Of a stretch of 64,000 bases of DNA, positions 12,732 through 25,970 are shown in pieces; position 1 is the stretch's first letter, and every line of letters begins with the position of its first letter. The DNA comes from Heptranchias perlo. Taxonomy: Eukaryota. The translations under genes and the position numbers were made by a program. The DNA lies in the NCBI RefSeq assembly GCF_035084215.1, contig NC_090338.1, positions 15,314,001 to 15,378,000 of the forward strand, written 5' to 3'. The notes beneath the pieces were generated by a model. The model did not search any database, was not told where the DNA came from, and saw nothing but the letters and a program-made list of their open reading frames with translations.

Positions 12732-15700
12732 GTGAGTGAATGAGAGGTTCTCAAATCGCATATCTTATATTAGGCTGGGACACCATCACACCAATCAAAG
12801 GTGTCGTTGGTGTTCAGACAGGTTAGCCACGGAAAACAGTCGGTCCCAGTATATTGAATACACAATGGGTCAAATTACACAGACAAAGAGAGAAAGAGAC
12901 CCGAAAGGCAGTGAGAGAGAGAGAGAGAATGTCCAATTGTATTAAAAACAGATAACTTTTTTTTCTGCTGGTGGGGTTACGTGTAGCGTGATATGAACCC
13001 AAGATCCCGGTTGAGGCCGTCCTCATGGGTGCGGAACTTGGCTATCAATTTCTGCTCGACGATTTTGCGTTGTCGTGTGTCTCAAAGGCCGCCTTGGAGA
13101 ATGCTTACCCGAAGATCGGTGGCTGAATGTCCTTGAGTGCTAAAGTGTTCCCCGACTGGGAGGGAACCCTCCTGTCTGGCGATTGTTGCGTGGTGTCCGT
13201 TCATCCGTTGTCGCAGTGTCTGCATGGTCTCGCCAATGCACCATGCTCCGGGGCATCCTTTCCTGCAACGTATGAGGTAGACAACATTGGCCGAGTCACA
13301 GGAGTATGAACCATGTACCTGGTGGGTGGTGTCCTCTCGTATGATGGTGGTATCTGTGTTGATGATCTGGCATGTCTTGCAGAGGTTGCCGTGGCATGGT
13401 TGTGTGGTGTCATGGACGCTGTTCTCCTGAAAGCTGGGTAATTTGCTGCGAGCGATGGTCTGTTTGAGGTTGGGTGGCTGTTTGAAGGCGAGTAGTAGAG
13501 GCATGGGGATGGCCTTAGCGAGGTGTTCGTCGTCATCGATGACATGTTGAAGGCTGCGGAGAACATGGCGTAGTTTCTCCGCTCCGGGGAAGTACTGGAC
13601 GACGAAGGGTACTCTGTTGGTTGCGTTCCGTGTTTGTCTTCTGAGGAGGTCTATGCGATTCTTCGCTGTGGCCCGTCGGAACTGCCGATCGACGAGTCGA
13701 GCGTCATATCCCGTTCTTACGAGGGCGTCTTTCAGCATCTGTAGGTCCCAGTATATTGAATACACAATGGGTCAAATTACACAGACAAAGAGAGAAAGAG
13801 ACCCGAAAGGCAGTGAGAGAGAGAGAGAGAGAATGTCCAATTGTATTAAAAACAGATAATTTTTTTTCTGCTGGTGGGGTTACGTGCAGCGTGATATGAA
13901 CCCAAGATCCCGGTTGAGGCCGTCCTCATGGGTGCGGAACTTGGCTATCAATTTCTGCTCGACGATTTTGCGTTGTCGTGTGTCTCGAAGGCCGCCTTGG
14001 AGAATGCTTACCCGAAGATCGGTGGCTGAATGTCCTTGAGTGCTAAAGTGTTCCCCGACTGGGAGGGAACCCTCCTGTCTGGCGATTGTTGCGTGGTGTC
14101 CGTTCATCCGTTGTCGCAGTGTCTGCATGGTCTCGCCAATGTACCATGCTCCGGGGCATCCTTTCCTGCAACGTATGAGGTAGACAACATTGGCCGAGTC
14201 ACAGGAGTATGAACCATGTACCTGGTGGGTGGTGTCCTCTCGTGTGATGGTGGTATCTGTGTCGATGATCTGGCATGTCTTGCAGAGGTTGCCGTGGCAG
14301 GGTTGTGTGATGTCATGGACGCTGTTCTCCTGAAAGCTGGGTAATTTGCTGCGAATGATGGTCTGTTTGAGGTTGGGTGGCTGTTTGAAGGCGAGTAGTA
14401 GAGGCGTGGGGATGGCCTTAGCGAGGTGTTCGTCGTCATCGATGACATGTCCAGTGGCGTAGTTTCTCCGCTCCGGGGAAGTACTGGACGACAAAGGGTA
14501 CTCTGTTGGTTGCGTCCCGTGTTTGTCTTCTGAGGAGGTCTATGCGATTCTTCGCTGTGGCCCGTCGGAACTGCTGATCGACAAGTCGAGCGTCATATCC
14601 CGTTCTTACGCGGGCGTCTTTCAGCGTCTGTAGGTGTCCATCGCGTTCCTCCTCGTTTGAGCAGATCCTGTGTATTCGCAGGGCCTGTCCATAGGGGATG
14701 GCCTCTTTGACGTGGTTCGGGTGGAAGCTGGAAAAGTGGAGCATCGTGTGGTTGTCCGTGGACTTGCGGTAGAGTGAGATGCTGAGGTGCCCGTCTTTGA
14801 TGGAGATTTGTGTGTCCAAGAAAGAAACCGATTCTGAGGAGTAGTCCATGGTGAGCTTGATGGTGGGATGGAACTTGTTGATGTTATCGTGCAGTCTCAT
14901 CAGTGATTCTTCGCCGTGGGTCCATAGGAAGAAAATGTCGTCGATGTATCTGGTGTACAGCGTTGGTTGGAGGTCCTGTGCAGTGAAGAAGTCATGCTCG
15001 AACTTGTGCATGAAAATGTTGGTGTATTGGGGTGCGAATTTGGTCCCCATGGCTGTTCCGTGTGTTTGGGTAAAGAACTGTTTGTCGAAGGTGAAGACAT
15101 TGTGATCCAGGATGAAGCGGATGAGTTGTAGGATGGCGTCTGGAGATTGGCTGTTGTTGGTGTTGAGTACTAAGGCTGTTGCAGCGATGCCGTCATCGTT
15201 GGGGATACTGGTGTAGAGTGCCGAGACGTCCATCGTGGTGAGAAGGGTTCCTGGTTCAACTGGTCCGTGGATGCTGAGTTTTTGTAGGAAGTCTGTAGTG
15301 TCGCGACAGAAGCTGGGCGTTCCCTGTACGATGGGTTTCAGGATGCCGTCGACGTATCCAGAGAGGTTCTCACACAGGGTTCTGTTTCCTCTGCAACCTC
15401 TGCAAGACATGCCAGATCATCGACACAGATACCACCATCACACGAGAGGACACCACCCACCAGGAACGTGGTTCATACTCCTGTGACTCGGCCAACGTTG
15501 TCTACCTCATACGTTGCAGGAAAGGATGCCCTGGAGCATGGTACATTGGCGAGACCATGCAGACACTGCGACAACTGATGAACGGACACCGCGCAACAAT
15601 CGCCAGACAGGAGGGTTCCCTCCCAGTCGGGGAACACTTCAGCACTCAAGGACGTTCAGCCACCGATCTTCGGGTAAGCATTCTCCAAGGCGGCCTTTGA

Positions 15701-16052
15701 GACACACGACAACGCAAAATCGTCGAGCAGAAATTGATAGCCAAGTTCCGCACCCATGAGGACGGCCTCAACCTTGGGTTCATGTTACGCTACACGTAAC
15801 CCCACCAGCAGAAAAAAAAGTTATCTGTTTTTAATACAACTGGACATTCTCTCTCTCTCTCTCTCTTTCTCTCTGCCTTTCGGGTCTCTTTCTCTCTTTG
15901 TCTGTGTAATTTGACCCACTGTGTATTCAGTATACTGGGACCGACTGTTTTCCGTGGCTAACCTGTCTGAACACCAACGACACCTTTGATTGGTGTGATG
16001 GTGTCCCAGCCTAATATAAGATATGCGATTTGAGAACCTCTCATTCACTCAC

Positions 16053-16089
16053 TCACCTGACGAAGGAGATAATCTCCGAAAGCTTGTGA
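16053..16089 (+). ncRNA. Minimal hammerhead ribozyme-like motif in Penelope terminal repeat
   Basis: TCAC-CTGACGA-A-GGAGA-taa-TCTCC-GAAA-GC-TT-GTGA: core CUGANGA and GAAA, 5-bp stem II, 4-bp stem I, palindromic AGCT in place of stem III. Confidence 0.7.
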
Positions 16090-17034
16090 TTTTCAAATAA
16101 AACTGTTGGACTATAACCTGGTGTTGTAAGATTCCTTACATTTGTCCACCCCAATCCATCACCGGCATCTCCACATCATCATATAGTGGTGTGGTAGCAC
16201 ACTGAATTTCAGCTCTTGCAACCAATATATCTGTGCCTTCTGTTCGCAAATCATGAAAGTGCAGCAGGAGGTTAGCTGTCACATGTGTCATGCAGACTGG
16301 CACCAGAGGAAAGCACCATCGCAAATCATGCTGACAACATTCACAGTCTGTTAAAATTGTCTCTGATGTCGATGTTTGGTTTGTCATTTGGGAGGTTACA
16401 GTCAGACCAGACTTTAAGATGGAATATGATGGTATGTGAGTGACAGGGCTGTGAACTGAGAGAGATGGTGGCTTAATCCAGGGCTGGAGACATAAGAGGC
16501 ATGATTTGTTATTAAAAATTCCAGTAATTAGAGGATGGCACCCTGTTTGAGTACTGGGATTGCAATTATTCCTTGCTATGTTGGGGAATTTACAGCTAGC
16601 TTGTCATTATTGCTGCTGTCTTCTTGTTTTGCCAAGTTTTGGTCATTATATATTTTCTCCTCCATGGCCTTACACCTTTGCAGAGCAAATTTGTATGCAG
16701 CCTGTATATAGAAGTCTATGCACAAGCTTCAGTATTGATAGATTTTTGTGAACCAAAAGCTGAGGCGGCGATATGGAGTTAGGTCACAGGTCAGCCATGA
16801 TCTCGCTGAATGGCGGAACAGGCTTGAGGGTCTAAATGGCCTACTCCTGATCCTATGTTCCCATAAGAGATGGAAGAGGAGGCAGAGGTCCAGGTGTACT
16901 AATTTTACTCTAGGATCCCTGTGAGTGTACTGCACTGCCTCAATCGGTCTAATCATCTGAAACATGGGACCCTGTGTACCTGTATTCTGGCTGTATAAAT
17001 GGGCCAGCATTGCTCTGGTCTCCCAGCATTCAGC

Positions 17035-17400
17035 AGCAGATGGGTTGAGGCGGAGGCGGAGACGGACAATGGAGGTGGAAGTAGGCAGTCTTTGTGATGA
17101 AGAGGATATGGGTTTGGAAGCTCAGTTTAGGGTCAAATAGGACACCAAGTTGCAAACAGTCTGGTTGAGCTTGAGTCTTCAGTAGGTGGAGGGAGTGGTA
17201 GCGATGGAATGGAGTTTGTGGCAGTGGCTGAAGACAATAGGTTCGGTCTTCCCCATGTTTAATTGGAGAAAATTGCGACTCATTCAGGACTGGATGTTGG
17301 ACAAGCAGTCTGACAACATAGAGGCAATGGAGAGGTTGAGCGAGGTGGTGCTGAGGCAGAGTTGGGTGTCATCAGTGTACATGTGGATCCTGACATCCTG
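17035..17400 (-). mobile_element. L2-like LINE fragment
   Basis: Minus strand reads HMYTDDTQLCLS (RT core) and matches other L2-like copies in the window. Confidence 0.65.
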
Positions 17401-18114
17401 GGAGTTATATTGGATAACCCCCAAAACCAGGCACGGTGTCGCGGTGCGCGACTAACCCACGCACGGTCATTACGATGCAGGCAGCACGTAACATTCACTC
17501 ACCAGCAGGGGGCCCAGATATCGCTAGTGACTAGCACGACTTAAAGGCAGCCTGCACCTCTGAAAGGGAAGGTGCAGTGTGTCCGCAGGATGTGTTGGAA
17601 GTCAATTGAGAAGTGAATCTGCGCTGCAATATAGTGCAACATGGCGATGATGGGACCTGTAGAATTTTTAATGAGCAACAACTGGGCTGCTCAATGTTTG
17701 CGGGGCTCTGATATTTGCAAAATATAAGATATGGGTCCGCACGGAGTCTGAACGGAGATCAGACATTGCACACGTAAAACACAGATGCAGGTCCCATCCC
17801 TATGTTTACAAGTGCTGAGTTATGTTAAAACATTGAATAAAGGTTGCACACTACTAAATCCCACATAACAGGAGGCAGCAAGTGGTGGAGGCTCCATGGA
17901 ACATGAGCCTGCTGTCCTCGCTCAGGATGACAGCATTCCTGTCCCACCCCTTAAACTCCACCAGTGCCCTTGGTGTTGCCTGTCAGCTAGCCAGCCCACT
18001 CCCTGTACAGTGTTGAAACTTTATTATAGGAAGATAGGAAGATAGGAACAGGAGTGGACCATTCAGCCTCCCCATGAGCCTGTTCCATCATTCAATGAGG
18101 TCATAGTTGATCTG

Positions 18115-19452
18115 TGTCGGGGCTGGTGGTGTGTGTCAGCTTCATCTCTGACTTCTGAGCGGTCCGAATCGCTCCCACTCCCTGGGTTCTAGACCTTTGA
18201 CTTATTTGGGGGTTGTGACAAAGTGCAGCAGACAACTGCTTTTAGTGCAAGAAACTTTGACCTTTATTCAAGAGAGAAAATACAACACAACAATCTTAAC
18301 AGTCTAATAAAATGGGGAACACTTTGGTACACACGAGGGAAATTACAGTAGAAAGATACCTCACCCCTCCCAATCCCACTGTACTAGCTAGGTTGGACTC
18401 TAAAGGGCCAGAGATAATGCTCACCAAACGTATCTTTGACAGTAATTCACCCAGAGGTAAGTCAGAAATAGATTGTAGAGTGGAAACTTTGCGGATCTTT
18501 GGTTTTCTCCCGAGTTGGTTTTCTTTGGTCGCGGTGGCCCAATATTACCCGGTTGGTTGGTGGTAATATTCGGTTGGTTGTTCCGTAAGGCCCTTGTTGC
18601 CGCGAGGTGTCTGATGGTCACTGGGGCTGTTGCTCTGGTTTCTTCCTGTGTGTCGGCCTGCTTCTAGAGCTGCTGACCTTCCCCGTCGAACTGCCTTCCC
18701 CTCGCCTTGTTGTTTGCTGGAAACTGCTCTTCTTTCCAGACACAGGCAGAACCAAGACAAGCAGCCNNNNNNNNNNNNNNNNNNNNNNNNNNNNNNNNNN
18801 NNNNNNNNNNNNNNNNNNNNNNNNNNNNNNNNNNNNNNNNNNNNNNNNNNNNNNNNNNNNNNNNNNNNNNNNNNNNNNNNNNNNNNNNNNNNNNNNNNNN
18901 NNNNNNNNNNNNNNNNNNNNCACTTGTGGATGTCTCTCTTACAATTGGTCTTCGACCCTTTAAAAAAAACACTTCATGTCTGTTTAAACAGTTCTTACAA
19001 AGGCCTTAAGAATCTTTGATGGCTTTTTGATGGTCCCTCATCATGTTGCCATTGCTTCTCCCGATGGGTCATTGTTAATTCCGATTTGCTGATCACCTGG
19101 TTTACAGGCTTCCTTTTGTATCCAACATCCTAGGTGTTGATAGGTTTTGCATTAAAACAAAGACATGGCCCCACCATGTCTGGAGCAGTTGCCTCTTTCA
19201 ATGGCTGACTGCCTTTTGAATTCGTGCTGAGTGTCGACCACCTGCTGTCGGTTATGCATTAAAACAGAGTCATGTCTGAAGCATTAATTCTCTGAAGTTC
19301 CACGGTGTGTGTGTTGTTGATTTCACCTGGTGACCTCTCACCTATCCTTCCATTTTAGGATTATAGTCAATGGCCAAAGTTTTCCCATACTCAGGGTTTT
19401 TTAGGGTTTTTCTCCGGGTTTTGGGGGATCTGTGAATTTCGAGAATCTTACA
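18115..19452 (-). mobile_element. Probable solo LTR (or collapsed LTR element) inserted in a CR1 3' tail
   Basis: TGT...ACA termini; 4-bp TSD TCTG (18111-18114, 19453-19456); the host CR1 tail (~18030-19680) rejoins on removal; minus-strand AATAAA near 18263. Confidence 0.72.
18767..18920. other. Assembly gap (154 N)
   Basis: Run of n. Confidence 1.
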
Positions 19453-20739
19453 TCTGTGACCCAACTCCATATACCCACCTTAGCCCCATATCCCTTAATA
19501 CCTTTAGTTAACAAAAATCTATCAATCTCAGATTTAAAATTAACAATTGAGCTAGCATCAACTTCCATTTGCGCAAGAGAGTTCCAAACTTTTACCACCC
19601 TTGGGTGTAGAAACTTTTGCAAACTTCACTCCTGCAAGTCCTGGCTCTAATTTTTAGGCTGTGTCCCCTAGTCCTAATATTCAAGTATAGGAGACCTCCA
19701 AAAACAGGTACAAATGAATCAGCAGCCAGAAGCAATAATCCAGCAACTAACCTGTAACTCCTGCAACATCCCTTTAGATAGGATTTTACATTGTCATGGT
19801 GAAATTTTATTGGAATTTTTTTATGGAGTTGTAGCAGTTACTGTGCTGAGTGCACTCATATATAATGTTAACATTTTTGATACTCAGCTAAAATTAGCAT
19901 CAGTAACAGCAACACAAGACTTATTGGTTTACGAGAAAACGAAACGTGGTTTGATCTTGGACCGCCTACTTTGGAGTGAGTTAGTTACAGAATCTGACTC
20001 AAAAATGGTTTGTTTTGTGGTTAACCACACAGAGCTAAGATATTTATTTGACGGTTACCACAGAACCAGAGAGAAATCACGGACTAGAAATTCTTTAGGC
20101 CATTTTTAATGCAGTAAATGGGCACAGGGAACAACCCCAGTGCCCAAAGACGGAGGCCCAAGGATCACAATAAATTTAGGGCGAGTTGCCGACACCTGTC
20201 GAGCCTCCACAGGTAGCTCGCACGAGGGGGGTCGATTGTGGCAGACAGCAACCATTGGGAGTACTGTGGAGCTGGGAAGAGCACTCCTGGGCTCCACAGA
20301 AATGTAAAAAAATTATATTTCACTTATCCTTTCGGAGGCAACCAAGGCTCGGCCGCATCTATGTCCCAAAAACCTGAACAGAGAAGGCCCAAGCCCTGCT
20401 TTGCTCAGAGACACCCAATTCCTTCTTGTAATGTTCCTTAAACAGGCATTATGCTCTTTAGTGGCATATGCAAGGGACCTGATGCCTGTTTTAGGCGGCT
20501 GCGTTAGACACCTGAAAAGTGGCCAGATCCAAATTCGGGTAAGACGTTTATCAGGCATTCTTGGGGTGCAGGGCTTGTGCTCCCAAATTGGTCTTTTTTT
20601 GTGCCCGTTTCACGCCTGATGTCAAGGGTATTTTACAAATAATTGTAAATGTACCATTTGTTATTGCTACTGATTTCTTAACTACTTATATTGTTAATAA
20701 ATAATTCAGTCGTTCACGGCTTAAGCCGACATTTGATAG

Positions 20740-23700
20740 ATTCATAGAATGATAGAAAGGTTACAGCACGGAAGGAGGCCATTTGGCCCATCAAGTCCGT
20801 GCTGGCTCTATACATCAGCAATCCAGCTAGTCCCACTCCCCCACCCTAACCCCATAGCCCTGCAAATTTTTTACTTTCAAGTCCTTATCCAGTTCCCTTT
20901 TGAAGGCCATGATTGAATCTGCATCCACCAACCCCTCAGGCAGTGCATTCCAGATCCTAACCACTCGCTGTGTAAAAAAGGTTTTCCTCATGTCGCCTTT
21001 GGTTCTTTTGCCAATCACCTTAAATCTAAGCCCCCTGGTTCTTGACCTTTCCACCAATGGGAACAGTTTCTCTCTATCAACTCTCTCAAGACCCTTCATG
21101 ATTTTGAACACCTCTATCAAATCTCCTGGCAACCTTCTCTGTTCCAAGGAGAACAACCCCAGCTTCTCCAGTCTATCCACGTAACTAAAGTCCCTCATCC
21201 CTGGAATCATTCTAGTAAATCTTTTCTGCACCCTCTCTAAGGCCTTCACATCTTTCCTAAAGTGCGGAACCCAGAACCTGACACAATACTCCAGTTGTGG
21301 CCGAACCAGTGTTTTATAAAAGTTCATTGTGACTTCCTTACTTTTGTACTCTACGCCTCTATTTATAAAGCCGAGGATTCCGTATGCTTTTTTAACTGCT
21401 TTCACAACCTGCCCTGCCACCTTCAATGATTTGTGCACATGTATCCCCAGATCTCTCTGTTCCTGTACCCCTTTTAGAATTGTGCCCTTCAGTTTATATT
21501 GCCTTTCCTTGTTCTTCCTACCGAAATGTACCACTTCACATTTTTCTGCTTTCAATTTCATCTGCCACGTGTCCACCCATGCCATCAGCCTGTCTATATC
21601 ATCTTGAAGTCTATCACTATCCTCCTCACTGTTTACTACCCTTCCAAGTTTCGTGTGATCTGTAAATTTTGAAATTATGCCCTGTACACCCAAGTCCAAA
21701 TCATTAATATATATCGAGAAAAGCAGTGGTCCCAGCACCGACCTCTGGGGAACACCACTGTACACCTCCCTCCAGTCCGAGAAACAACCGTTCACCACTA
21801 CTCTCTATTTCCTGTTACTTCACCAATTCTGCATCCATGCTACTACTCTCTCCTTTATTCCATGGGCCGCAGTCTTGATGACAAGCCGACCATGCGGTAC
21901 TTCATCAAACGCCTTTTCAAAGTCTATATACACCACATCAACTGCATTGCCCTCATCTACCTTCTCTGTGACCTCATCAAAACCTCTATCAGGTTAGTTA
22001 AACAAGATTTGCCTTTAACAAATCCATGCTGGCTTTCCCTAATCAATCCAACTGTTAATTCTGTCCCGGATTATCGTTTCTTAAAGTTTCCCCACCACCG
22101 AGGTTAAACTGACTGACCTGTAGTTGCCGGGTTTATCCTTACACCCTTTTTTGAACAAGGGTGTAGCATTTGCAATTCTCCAGTACTCTGTCACCACCCC
22201 TGTATCTATGGATGTTTGGAAGATTATGGCCAGCACCTCCACAATTTCCACCCTTACTTCCCTCAGCAACCTAGGATGCATCCCATCTGGACCAGGTGAC
22301 TTATTTACTTTAAGTACAACCAGCCTTTCTAGTACTTCTTTATCAATTTTCAGCCCATCCAGTAACTCAATTATATCTTTCTTTACTGAGACACTGGCAG
22401 CATCTTCTCCCTTGGTAAGGACAGATGTAAAGTACACATTTAGTACCTTGGTCAAACCCTCTGCCTCCATGAGTAGATCTCCTTTATGGTCCCTAATCGG
22501 CCACACCCCTCCTCTTACTGCCCGTTTACTATTTATATGTCCGAAGAAAACTTCTGGATTCCCTTTTATGTTGGCCACCAATCTACTCTGAAACTCTCTC
22601 TTTGCCCCTCTTATTTCCTTTTTCACTTCTCCTCTGAACTTTCTATATTCTGCATGGTTCTCACTTGTGTTATCAACCTGACATCTGTCATATGCACTTT
22701 TTTTCCGCTTCACCTTACTCTCTATCTCTTTTGTCATCCAGGGAGCTCTGGCTTTATTTGCCCTATCTTTCTCCCTCGTGGGAATGTACCTCGACTGTAT
22801 CTGCTCCAACTCCTCTTTAAAGGCAACCCACTGTTCAGTTACAGTTTTGCCTGCCAATCTTTGATTCCAATTTACGCGGGCCAGATCTGTTCTCATCCAC
22901 TGAAATTGGTCCTCCTCCAATTGAGTATTTTTACTTTAGAGTGGTCCGTGTCCTTTTTCATAGCTATTCTAAACCTTATGATACTATGATCGCTGCTCCC
23001 TAAATGCTCCCCCACTAACATTTGCTCCACTTGGCTCGCCTCATTCCCGAGAACCAAATCCAGCAATGCCTCCTTTCCCGTTAGGCCAGAAACACATTGG
23101 TCAAGAAAATTATCCTGAACACATTTCAAAAATTCCTCCCCTTGTTTGCCCCTTATATTATTATTATCCCAGTCTATATTAGGATAGTTGAAGTCCCCCA
23201 TTATCACTACTCTATAGCTTTTGCACCTCTCTGTAATTTCCCTACAAATTTGTTCCTCCACATCCTTCCCAAGGCCCATAGAATACAACCAGTAGTGTAA
23301 TGGCACATCTATTGTTTCTTAACTCTAACCAAATAGATTCTGTCCTTGACCCCTCCAGGACATCCTCTCTTTCCAGCACTGCAATATTCTCGTTAATCAA
23401 AACTGCCACCATCCCCCACCCCCCTCCTTTCTTTCCTTCCCTATCTTTCCTGAACACCTTGTATCCAGGAATATTTAGTACCCAATCCTGCCTTTTTTAA
23501 GCCAGGTCTCCGTTATCACCATGATATTGTATTCCCATGTGGCTATTTGCATCTGCAGCTCTCCAACCTTGTTTACCACGCTTCGTGTGTTTACACACAT
23601 GCACTGCAAACCAGTCTCAGACTTTCTTGTACTCTCTCTTAGTCTGATCCCTCCTAATACTATACTAATTCTTACTCTTGTGCTATCTTTCTCTCCTGCT

Positions 23701-25252
23701 GCTTTGTGCCCCTTGTTTCCCCTTTCCACTGCTACATCCTGGTGCCCACCTCTTGTTAAATTAGTTTAAACCCCCCCCCCCCCCCGCCGACAGCACGAAT
23801 GAACCTCCCTGCGAGAACATTGATCCCAGCTCTGTTGAGGTGCAACCCGTTCGGCCTGTACAGGTCCCACCTCCGCCAGAACTGGTCCCAATGCCCCAGG
23901 TATCTAAAGCCCTCCCTCCTGCACCATCTCTCCAGCCACGCATTCATCTGCTTTAACCTCCTATTTCTATACTCACTAGCACGTGGCACTGGGAGTAATC
24001 CGGAGATTACTACCTTTGAGGTCCTGCTTGTTAATTTCTTTCCTAACTCCTTAAAATCTGCCTGCAGGACAAAGGGTAAAAGTCGATGGATATCTTTGCG
24101 AATGGAAATCTGTTTCCAGTGGTGTGCCACAGGGCTCAGTGTTGGGTCCCTTGCTGTTTGTGGTATATATATATTAATGATTTGGACTTGAATGTAGGGG
24201 GCATGATTGGCAAATTTGCAGACGTCACAAAAATTGACCGTGTAGTTGATAGTGAAGAGGATAGCTGTAGACTCCAAGAAGATATCAATGGGTTGGTGGA
24301 GTGGGCGAAAAAGTGGCAAATGGAGTTCAACCCGGAGAAGTGTGAGGTAATGCACTTAGGGAGGGCAAACAGTAAAAGGGAATACGCAGCAAAAGGGAAT
24401 ATATTGAGAGGGGTAGAGGAAGTAAGAGATCTTGGAGTGCATGTGCACAGGTCCCTGAAGGTGGCAGTTACAGGTAGATAAGGTTGTGAAGAAGGCATAC
24501 GGAATGCTCTCCATTATTAGCCGAGGTATAGAATACAAAAGCAGGGATGTAATGATGGAACTGTATAAAACGCTGGTAAGGCCACAGCTGGAGTATTATG
24601 TGCAGTTCTGGTCATCACATTACAGGAAGGATGTAATTGCTCTGGAGAGAGTGCAGAGAAGATTTACAAGAACGTTGCCAGGGCTTGAAAATTGCAGCTA
24701 CGAGGAGAGATTGGATAGGATGGGGTTGTTTTCCTTGGAGCAGAGGAGGCTGAAGGTTGACTTGATTGAAGTGTACAAAATTATGGGGGGCCCAGATAGA
24801 ATAGACAGGAAGTACCTGTTTCCCTTAGCGGAGAGTTCAAGAACTAGAGGACATAGATTTAAACTGATTGGCGGAAGAGTGAGAGAGGACATGAGGAAAA
24901 GCTTTTTTACCCAGAGGGTGGTGGGTGTATGGAATTCGCTGCCCAAATTGGTGGTAGAGGCAGGGACACTCAACTCTTTCAAAAAGTACCTGGACCTGCA
25001 TCTAAAGTGCTGTAAGCTGCAGGGCTACGGACCAGGTGCTGGAAGAAGGGATTAGAATGGGCACCTGGTTGTTCTTCAAGCCAGCGCGGACACGATGGGC
25101 TGAATGGCCCCCTTCTGTCCTGTATCTTTTCAATGGTTCTATGGTTCTAGGACCTCCTCCCTCTTTCTACCTACATCGTTGGTACCAATATGGACCACGA
25201 CCTTTGCCTGTTCACCCTCCCCTTCCAGAATGTTCTGCAGCCGCTCAGTGAC
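20740..25252 (-). mobile_element. CR1-like LINE including the 3' part of ORF1 (SGNH-type esterase) and degenerate ORF2; interrupted at 24071-25148
   Basis: ORF1: VVHIGTND (~25170-25200), VVISGLLPVP, NGLHLN. ORF2: MGDFN, SDHS, NYRSVSLTS, LEYCVRFW. Confidence 0.93.
24071..25148 (+). mobile_element. 5'-truncated CR1-like LINE nested in ORF1 of the element above
   Basis: IGKFADVTK, LEYYVQFW; (atggttct)n tail; AGGAC duplicated at 24066-24070 and 25149-25153. Confidence 0.92.
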
Positions 25253-25970
25253 AGTAGCATTTATTCTGCTGCTTTCTAAAGCCTAGGAATTCATGAGGGC
25301 CTGTGCTGTATCCAGTAAATAAAAGACCCCTGGGCACAGTCTTATTATCAGATATTGTAGATTTAAAGCAGCATTCTGGCTTGTAGGGAGCCTATGTGTC
25401 CCTTATGTGTGTGTGGTGTTTGACTGACCATGAGAAGGTAGGAAGAGATTCTTTTATCTCGTGGGTTGTGTCTCACTTAGAAGTTGGAATTTTAAAAACC
25501 TGTTTTCCGAAATACAGGCAATAGCGTCAGTCTTCTCAGAATTACTATTTGAATAATTGATGAAAAATCCCACTGATGTCTGTAAAAACTACGGGGATCA
25601 GTGTGTCATGTTTTAGTTGCTGATGCATTGCTTTTGAAGAAACTTTTGCAACATAGTCCACTTAGAGTGACTTTTAATCTTGCAAAATTCTACAAAAAAA
25701 AGTGTTGTCATAACAGAGCTAACTGAGCTTGAGCAGCATTTGGCAGATACTCAAAGACATGGCCGGGGCTTCCCACTTCTGTGCTCACCAGCCCCTGACC
25801 TTCTCACCATTAAAGTGAAAGGACAAAGAAAATCACAGGTTGGAGAATGCAAAAGCAGAAAAAGCCGGCCGATATCTCTACTGATCCCATATAGAGGGCA
25901 GTAACCTGTATCAGCAGCAGAGGTGTTGTGGTCAACATTTATCCCTCAACAAACATCACTCTCACAGATT

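Larger units (their letters stand above)
12639..16179 (-). mobile_element. Penelope-like retroelement: 5'-truncated RT + GIY-YIG copy (~15383-13744, -), tandem partial copy (~13743-12639, -) and inverted 3' copy (~15390-16179, +)
   Basis: RT motifs GTAMGTKFAP and RYIDDIF; GIY-YIG motif NVVYLIRC..WYIGET; 13-bp TSD CATATAGTGGTGT at 12626-12638 and 16180-16192; frameshift near 14450. Confidence 0.95.

Noticed and set aside
18607-19019. ORFs of 100-129 aa in several frames
   Set aside because: Artefacts of the N gap.
19714-20109. 131-aa plus-strand ORF in unique-looking sequence
   Set aside because: No recognisable domain, motif or splice context.
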